The notes beneath the pieces are model-generated. The model saw only the letters and a program-made list of their open reading frames with translations. It ran no database searches and was not told where the DNA came from. Below, piece by piece: positions 57,594-64,000 of a stretch of DNA of 64,000 bases. This DNA comes from an uncultured Candidatus Binatia bacterium (GTDB lineage Bacteria > Desulfobacterota > Binatia > UBA9968 > JAJDTQ01), in contig OZ243916.1 in the NCBI GenBank assembly GCA_965213675.1, forward strand, positions 2,720,001-2,784,000. Reading direction: 5' to 3'. Position 1 is the stretch's first letter, and each line of letters begins with the position of its first letter. The translations under genes and the position numbers were made by a program.

Positions 57594-57911
57594 TCACCAG
57601 TCAAGAGGATCGGCTCGAGGGGCAGGTTCAAACTCGACCTTCACGCGGTAGCCAAGCACTCGTGCATATTCTTCCACCGTGGCAAGCCGCGGAGAAACCT
57701 CACTGTTCACGCTCTCGAGCCGCGATATATTGCTCTTTTTGGTCCCTAGAAGTTCGGCCATTTGCGCTTGGGTTTTGCCGGCAGCCGTACGTATGGCGAT
57801 CATGTTTCGCTTCATGGCAAAAGCTGGAGTGACTTCATCGTAGGCGGCCTTTACGTCGGGATTGTTAAGTGCTTTGCGCTTAAAATCCCTAAATGTGGGT
57901 CGATCAGCCAT
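57594..57911 (-). CDS. XRE HTH antitoxin (HigA-like)
   Basis: TQAQMAELLGTKKSNISRLES; overlaps the toxin stop. Confidence 0.9.
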   Translation of the reverse strand: MADRPTFRDFKRKALNNPDVKAAYDEVTPAFAMKRNMIAIRTAAGKTQAQMAELLGTKKSNISRLESVNSEVSPRLATVEEYARVLGYRVKVEFEPAPRADPLDW

Positions 57912-58233
57912 TGTCTGTTACCTCCTTCATACGCTTGCGCGCCAAGGCCAAGTGCCTTTTCGGAATCTTCTGTGTTTTCTTTATGAAGGTGTGCAGAATT
58001 ACTAGTTCCTGCCCCTTGCGTGTACAAAACAGGGGCCGGCTGATCCCTTCGGGGCCTTTAGCCCTGATTTCAAAAAAGCCTTCGCCTAACGGCGCGATGT
58101 GAGGGCGGCCGATTGATGGGCCGAACTCTTCCACAAGTTCGATGATGTGCAGCAGATTTGCCAATATACCGACGGGCAACTCCAATGTCTGGTTTTCGAC
58201 CTTTTCGCTATAAAATGTGACCCTCCATGTCAT
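57904..58233 (-). CDS. RelE/HigB-like toxin (Gp49 type)
   Basis: G.PH..PLG.G.FEIR, ILH.FIKKTQK.P. Confidence 0.9.
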   Translation of the reverse strand: MTWRVTFYSEKVENQTLELPVGILANLLHIIELVEEFGPSIGRPHIAPLGEGFFEIRAKGPEGISRPLFCTRKGQELVILHTFIKKTQKIPKRHLALARKRMKEVTDNG

Positions 58234-58241
58234 TCATCGAG

Positions 58242-58259
58242 GTTATCAGAAAAGATAAC
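58242..58259. promoter_or_regulatory. putative HigA operator
   Basis: GTTATC-N6-GATAAC palindrome just upstream of the toxin start. Confidence 0.6.
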
Positions 58260-58441
58260 GCCCGACAAGTCTCTACCCGCCGAGGTATTCGGTGGTGGGG
58301 GGCTTGAGTTGCCTGTCTTCAGGATTGGTGCAGCCCTTTTTTTCTAACGGTGCCAGTGCCGCTCCGAGTGAGATCGCCAAGGACTCAAACTGAACGAGAA
58401 GCTGAAGTGGTCGTTGCAACGCCGCAACGCGCAGGGACACG

Positions 58442-60360
58442 CTAGGTCGCCGCCGCTGTCCGCCGCTCCGCCCGAAACCACTCCCACCCCGTGAGGGCCG
58501 TGCCCACCACCAGGCCAACGACGTTCCATTGCAGCCACGGGGTGACCATGCCCAGGCTGGCGGCGAGGAAGAGGACGCGGGTGACGGGGCCGAGGTTCCG
58601 ATAGCAGTACCCCTGCACGGCCATGCCCATGGCGATCATGCTCAACACCGCGAAGACAATGGTCACGGTGACATCGGCGGCGTTGCCGATGGTGATGAGC
58701 GCGGAGTTGGCCACGAACGCGTAGGGCAGCACGAAGGCGGGGAGGGCCAGCTTTACCGCTTCGATGGACGTGGGCACCACCGGCGACTGGGCGATGGCCG
58801 CGGCGGCGTAACTCGTGGGCGCGGTGGGCGGGGTGATGGCCGAGATGGCGCAGAAGAAGATCACGAAAAGGTGCGCCTGGGGCACGATGGCGTCGGCGTC
58901 GAGGCCCATGTTTCTGAGCATCACCACCAACGCGGGTATGGCGATGCCCACTTGTACAATGTAGGCGGACGACAGCGGCAGGCCCATGCCCAGGATGATG
59001 GCGGTGATCATGACGTAGACCAGCGCCAGAAGCAGGTGTCCGCCAGCCAGGTCCACGATGACCCCGGAGAACTTGATGGCCACTCCTGTGAGGTCGAAGA
59101 TGCCCACCATGATGCCGGAGGTGATGATGGCCACGGCCACCACGGTGGACTGGATGCCGCCCTGCACGAGGGCTTCCCATATGTCCCGGAGGCCCATGCG
59201 CGTGGCCTTGCGAAACCAGCTCACGATGACAATGCCGACGATGCAGCGCACCACCGCGTAGCCCGGACTGAAGCCGGCCACCAGGAGATAGATGAGGATA
59301 ATCAGGGGCAGCGCCAGGTGCCCCCGGTCCATGATGGTCTTCTTGAGGCTCGGCAACTCCTCCCGCGGCACCGTGGGATGTTCTCCTTGACCGCGTAGAT
59401 GTGCACCATGATGCCCACGGCGAGGAAGTACAGCACCGCGGGCACCAGGATGTACTGCATCACGTTGACGTAGGGAATGCCGGTGTATTCCGACATCAGG
59501 AATCCCGCGGACGCCATCACCGGCGGCATGATCAGACCGCCGGTGGAGGCGGACGCTTCCACCGCCCCGGCCATGTAACCCTTGAAGCCGATCTTCTTCA
59601 TCATCGGTATGCTGAAGGAGCCGGTGATAACCGCGTTGGCCGTACTGCTGCCCGAGATGGAGCCCATGAGGCCGCTGGACACCACTGCGATCTTGGCCGG
59701 ACCGCCCCGGAACCGCCCGGCGAGGGCGGTGGCGAAGTCGATGGTGAACTGGCCGAAACCCGACTTCTCCAGAAAGGCGCCGAAGACGATGAACAGGAAG
59801 ATGAAGTTGGCCGAGATGTGCGTCGGCAGGCCGAACAGCCCGTCGGTGAGGAAATACTGGTTGTCGGCTACCTCCGACGGCGAGTATCCGAGGTGGTTGA
59901 GAAACCCGGGCAGATAAGGCCCCAGGAAGGCGAACAGGAAAATGATCAGGGCCAGCCCAGCCAGCGGCCAACCCACGGCGCGGCGGCAGGCTTCGAGGGT
60001 CAGCGCCACCGCGCCAAACGCCAGGACGAACTGGAAGAAGACGAAATCCTCAGTGTATCCGATGTGCTGGATGATCCACTCGTACTCGTAGAAGAGATAG
60101 CCCATGGCCACGAGCCACAGGCCGATGATCACGATGTCGTACCAGGGAAGCTTTCCGTCATCCGCCCGGCGGAACGCCGGGAAGCTCAGGAAGCTAAGGC
60201 CCATTATCAACGTGACGTGGATCACGCGATGCAGGTAGGCTTCGGGTTGCCCGAAGAAGCCGGTATAGATGTGGTAGACCGAGGCGCCGAAGGCCACCAG
60301 GCTCAGGATGATCCCGGCGACGCCTGTCAGGTTACGCTGCATAAGGCCGCTCTCTGCCAC
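58442..60360 (-). pseudogene. TRAP 4TM/12TM fused permease, frameshifted at ~59376
   Basis: GGPAKIAVVSS, GSSTAN, ASTGG.IMPPVM in frame A; LGMGLP, SAITPP in frame B; junction KENIP|TVPREE needs one more C. Confidence 0.85.
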
Positions 60361-60432
60361 GTGTCCGATGCGGGGCGGACATCGGGGGTTCGCTCACGTC
60401 AACCAGGGCAGGTTGTTGAATCGAAGCGAAAT

Positions 60433-60466
60433 AAAGAGGGCCGGCGTTACGGAGCCGGCCCTCTTT
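60433..60466. terminator. hairpin/terminator between the TAXI and permease genes
   Basis: AAAGAGGGCCGGC...GCCGGCCCTCTTT perfect 13-bp stem. Confidence 0.75.
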
Positions 60467-60483
60467 GCGCAGGGGGGGTGCCT

Positions 60484-61440
60484 CTACTTGAGAAGTCCCT
60501 TCTCCTTCAGATACTGGTCCATGCCGGCGTGCCGCGGCGCACCCACGTTGGTGATGGCGTTGGCCGCCTTCACCCGCTCGAAGGCCTTCACGGCCCCGGC
60601 GAAATCGCCCAGATTATCGTAGATGGTCTTCGTGAGCTTGTAGACGCGCTCCTGCGGAACATCCTCGTTGGTGATGATGAGCAGGAAGGTCTGAACCGTG
60701 TTCACGTCGTTTTCCTGATCATAATGCTTCTTTGCCATGGTGAACGGCACAACCCCGGCATTGGCCGCATTCATCTTCGCCACATCCTCCTTGGAGAACG
60801 AGAGAATGCGGATCGGCGCATGCGCCGCCAACTGCACGATGGGCGCGTAGTTCTCCTCACCCGGGCCGAGGTAGGCGTCGATGTGGTTGTCCTTCATCTG
60901 AGCCACGGCGTCGTTGAAGCCGAGATAGTTGACCTTGGAGAAGTCCTCGTACTTGATGCCAAGGGCGCCCAGCATCTGCTGGTTCAGCGCCTGGAACGAG
61001 AACCGCTTGGGCATCACGTTGACTCTCTTGCCTTTGAGCTGCTGGGGCGACGTGACGTCGGACTTGGCCCACACCAGCCAGAACAGGTAGTTGGGGTACA
61101 ACACCGCGGCCACTCGCACCTTCTTGGCCTGCGCCTCCTTGCCCTTGAACGTCTTCGCCCCCTTGAGGGCTTCCTGAATGCTCGTTGCGCTGGAGAGGCC
61201 GAAGCTCAGCTTGCCGGCCATGACGTTCAGCAGGTTGGACGTGCCGCCGCCGATCTCCACGGTCACCTTGTCGCCGTAGTTCTTGTCGGCCAGACGCTGC
61301 AACACGGTGCCGATGGGGTACCAGGAGCCGCCCGGCTTCGACGCGCCGAACTTGTAACTCTCCGCCAGGGCTGCCGGCGCGAGCGTCGCAACAAAGAGCG
61401 CCACCAACGAAACTGCCAGAAACCTCTGCAATCGACTCAT
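60484..61440 (-). CDS. TAXI-family TRAP substrate-binding protein
   Basis: signal peptide (ALA), GGSWYPIG, GG..N, LKGKRV, P.HAG. Confidence 0.9.
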   Translation of the reverse strand: MSRLQRFLAVSLVALFVATLAPAALAESYKFGASKPGGSWYPIGTVLQRLADKNYGDKVTVEIGGGTSNLLNVMAGKLSFGLSSATSIQEALKGAKTFKGKEAQAKKVRVAAVLYPNYLFWLVWAKSDVTSPQQLKGKRVNVMPKRFSFQALNQQMLGALGIKYEDFSKVNYLGFNDAVAQMKDNHIDAYLGPGEENYAPIVQLAAHAPIRILSFSKEDVAKMNAANAGVVPFTMAKKHYDQENDVNTVQTFLLIITNEDVPQERVYKLTKTIYDNLGDFAGAVKAFERVKAANAITNVGAPRHAGMDQYLKEKGLLK

Positions 61441-61715
61441 CGTGATCTCCTTTCGCTGCTCTTCCGGCACGCCGTGCGGGCGCGGGTGCCCGGCCAATGG
61501 AAGTAGCGAAGCTACTTGCGATGCCCCCAAATGTCAAGAACGACGGGACCGGGTGAAAGCGGCGGATTTCGGGCCCACGCGGCCCCGCTGGATCTCCCTC
61601 CCGGCCCCGGCCGGGGGAAGACCGGAAGACCGTCTCTTCTTGACAACCCAGGGGCAATTGGGTACGCACCCCGAGAATATCATCCGCCATTCCTGGAAAG
61701 CGGCACCCATCGCTT

Positions 61716-62594
61716 ATGAAACCCGCACCCTTCGACTATTATTGTCCGGAAACCCTGGACGAGGCGGCCGGCCTGCTCGAACAGCACGGCGACGACGGCA
61801 AAGTGCTGGCCGGCGGCCAGAGTCTCATGCCGCTCATGAGCCTGCGGCTGGCGCGTCCTTCCGTCATCGTGGACCTGAATCGGATCACCGGCCTTGACGG
61901 CGTTGCCGCCAACGGCGACGGCGGCATCGGCATCGGCGCGATGACGCGCCAGCGGGCGATTGAACGGGACGCCGTTATGGCCGAACGGAATCCGTTGCTG
62001 GCAGCGGCGGTGCCGCTCATCGGCCACTTCCAGATCCGCAACCGCGGCACGGTGGGCGGCAGCCTGGTCCATGCCGATCCGGCATCCGAACTGCCGGCGG
62101 TGAGTGTGGCCTTGGGCGCCGACTTCGTGCTCGCCAGCGCCGGCGGCGAGCGGGTGGTTAGCGCGGACGACTTCTACCTGGGCTACATGGCCACGGCCTG
62201 CGAGGCCAACGAAGTGCTCACCGAGATCCGCGTGCCGGCCTGGAAGCCGGGCCGTCTGTGGGCCATCGACGAGGTGGCCCGGCGCAAGGGCGACTTCGCC
62301 ATGGTGGGCGTGGCCCTGTGGGTGGACATGGACGGCGACGCCTGCGCGGACTCCCGCATCACGCTCTTCGGCGTGGCCGGCCGGCCCGTCCGGGTGGAGA
62401 AGGCGGAGCAGCGGCTGAAGGGCGCGGCCCTGAACGACGCCACCTTGAAGGACGTGGAGCGTATCGTCTTCGAGGAGCTGGAGCCCGACTCGGACATCCA
62501 CGCGTCGGCGCTCTACCGCAAGGAGGTGGGCGGCGTGCTCACCCGGCGCGCGCTGCGCGCGGCCGCGGACAGGGCCACGGAGGGCGGCGCATGA
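61716..62594 (+). CDS. xanthine/CO dehydrogenase family FAD subunit (CoxM-like)
   Basis: MKPAPFDY, LAGGQSL.P, RNRGTVGGS..HADP. Confidence 0.93.
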   Translation: MKPAPFDYYCPETLDEAAGLLEQHGDDGKVLAGGQSLMPLMSLRLARPSVIVDLNRITGLDGVAANGDGGIGIGAMTRQRAIERDAVMAERNPLLAAAVPLIGHFQIRNRGTVGGSLVHADPASELPAVSVALGADFVLASAGGERVVSADDFYLGYMATACEANEVLTEIRVPAWKPGRLWAIDEVARRKGDFAMVGVALWVDMDGDACADSRITLFGVAGRPVRVEKAEQRLKGAALNDATLKDVERIVFEELEPDSDIHASALYRKEVGGVLTRRALRAAADRATEGGA

Positions 62595-63079
62595 GCACCA
62601 AGAGCATCCTCAACCTGACGGTGAACGGCAAGGCGTACGAGAAGCTCGTGGAAGTGCGCATGACCCTGGCGGACTTCCTGCGCAACGAACTGGACCTCAC
62701 CGGCACCCACCTGGGCTGCGAACACGGCGTGTGCGGCGCGTGCACGGTGATCATGAACGGCGAAGCCGTGCGTTCGTGCCTGCTGCTGGCCGTGCAGGCG
62801 GAGGGGGCGACCCTGGAGACGGTGGAAGGACTGGCGGACGGCGACCAACTGCACCCCTTGCAAGCGGCGTTCCAGGACCGTCACGCGCTCCAGTGCGGCT
62901 TTTGCACTCCGGGGTTTCTCATGACCGCCACCGCGTTCCTCAAGGAGAACCCCGAACCCACGGAAGCCGAGATCCGCGAGGCGATCTCCGGCAACATCTG
63001 CCGCTGCACCGGCTACCAGCCCATCATCGAAGCCATCGGACAGGCGGCCCCGGAGGTGGGCGGCAAACCCCGGCCGTAA
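62591..63079 (+). CDS. xanthine/CO dehydrogenase family 2Fe-2S subunit (CoxS-like)
   Basis: GCEHGVCGAC, QCGFCTPG, GNICRCTGY. Confidence 0.95.
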   Translation: MSTKSILNLTVNGKAYEKLVEVRMTLADFLRNELDLTGTHLGCEHGVCGACTVIMNGEAVRSCLLLAVQAEGATLETVEGLADGDQLHPLQAAFQDRHALQCGFCTPGFLMTATAFLKENPEPTEAEIREAISGNICRCTGYQPIIEAIGQAAPEVGGKPRP

Positions 63080-63119
63080 CGCGGAATGACGCCAGCGCCT
63101 GAACGAGAGGCTCTCTGAC

Positions 63120-64000
63120 ATGGCGGAAACATACATCGGCGCTCCCATCAAGCGGCGCGAGGACGTGCGCTTCATCACCGGCGCGGGCACCTACGTGGAC
63201 GACATCAAGCTGCCCCACATGGTTCACGCCGCCATCCTGCGGAGCCCCCATGCCCACGCCCGCATCCGCGGAATCGACTCCAGCCGGGCCGAAGCCATGT
63301 CCGGCGTGGTCTCCGTGTTCACGCTGAAGGACATCGGTGAGCTGGACGCCACCGTTCCCATCCGCATGTACAAGATTCCAGGGCTCGACAAGTACCTGCA
63401 ACCGTCCCTGGCGCGGGACAGGGTGCGCTACGTGGGCGAACCCGTGGCAGTGGCCGTGGCCGAGAGCCGCTACCTGGCCGAAGACGCGCTGGACGCCATC
63501 GACGTCGACTACGAGATGCTCCCCGAAGTGATGGATGTGCGCGAGGCCATGGAAGACAAGGTGCTGGTGCATGAGCACAACGGCACCAATCTGGCCGGCG
63601 TGCATCACGTCTCCATCGGCGACGCGGACAAGGCCTTCGCCGAGGCCGACTACACCCGGCGGGAAGAGTTCCATGTCCACCGTTTCACCGGCAACCCCAT
63701 GGAGACCCGCGGCATCGTCGCCCACTTCGACCGCGGCAAGGGTGAACTCCGGGTTTACGGCGCCACCAAGCTGCCGCACCTGAACCGCCAGACCATCGCC
63801 GCCTTCCTGCAAATGCCCGAACACAAGTGCCACTTCGAGGAGAACGACGTGGGCGGCGGCTTCGGCATCCGCGGCGAACTCTACCCCGAGGACTTCCTGA
63901 TTCCCTTCGCCTCCGTGCGCCTCGGCCTCCCCGTGAAATGGATCGAGGACCGGCGCGAGCACCTGATGGCGGCCAACCACTCACGGCAGGTGACCTGCGA
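63120..64000 (+). CDS. xanthine/CO dehydrogenase family molybdopterin subunit (CoxL-like), partial
   Basis: RREDVRFITGAGTYVDDI, LRSPHAHARI, VRYVGEPVA, METRG, VGGGFG; runs off the window. Confidence 0.92.
   Translation, partial: MAETYIGAPIKRREDVRFITGAGTYVDDIKLPHMVHAAILRSPHAHARIRGIDSSRAEAMSGVVSVFTLKDIGELDATVPIRMYKIPGLDKYLQPSLARDRVRYVGEPVAVAVAESRYLAEDALDAIDVDYEMLPEVMDVREAMEDKVLVHEHNGTNLAGVHHVSIGDADKAFAEADYTRREEFHVHRFTGNPMETRGIVAHFDRGKGELRVYGATKLPHLNRQTIAAFLQMPEHKCHFEENDVGGGFGIRGELYPEDFLIPFASVRLGLPVKWIEDRREHLMAANHSRQVTC

Noticed and set aside
58273-58440. Possible gene fragment between the TA locus and the TRAP permease
   Set aside because: No recognisable motif in the frames examined.
61716-64000. 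Aerobic CO dehydrogenase (form I)
   Set aside because: The diagnostic AYXCSFR active-site loop lies beyond the window; only a family-level call is supportable.

Overview
High-GC bacterial chromosome segment. The gene content suggests a Deltaproteobacteria/Binatia-like organism (inference): six amidohydrolase_2 paralogs, LLM oxidoreductases, a fused CoA-transferase III, a cupin, a TAXI-TRAP transporter and a CoxMSL-type molybdoenzyme. The backbone is catabolic and housekeeping (accC/accB, lnt, plsY, rnd, copA, sugE, LOG, an RRM protein). Accessory modules sit within it: an AAA-DUF4143 gene; a divergent WYL / small-ORF / CI-LexA-like locus; a TcmP + DUF5131 pair; a Fic gene bracketed by two matching TACTAATT-N8-AATTAGTA palindromes; and a methyltransferase-nuclease pair. 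A decaying defence island (~52-58 kb) holds an Abi relic, a mini-IS5, a HEPN protein, a UDG-like pair, an RM TRD relic, nested IS30/IS3 remnants and two TA loci. Several palindromic repeat families are present, including a 162-bp MITE in two copies. No rRNA, tRNA or CRISPR array was recognised. All calls come from reading motifs by eye; no database searches were run.
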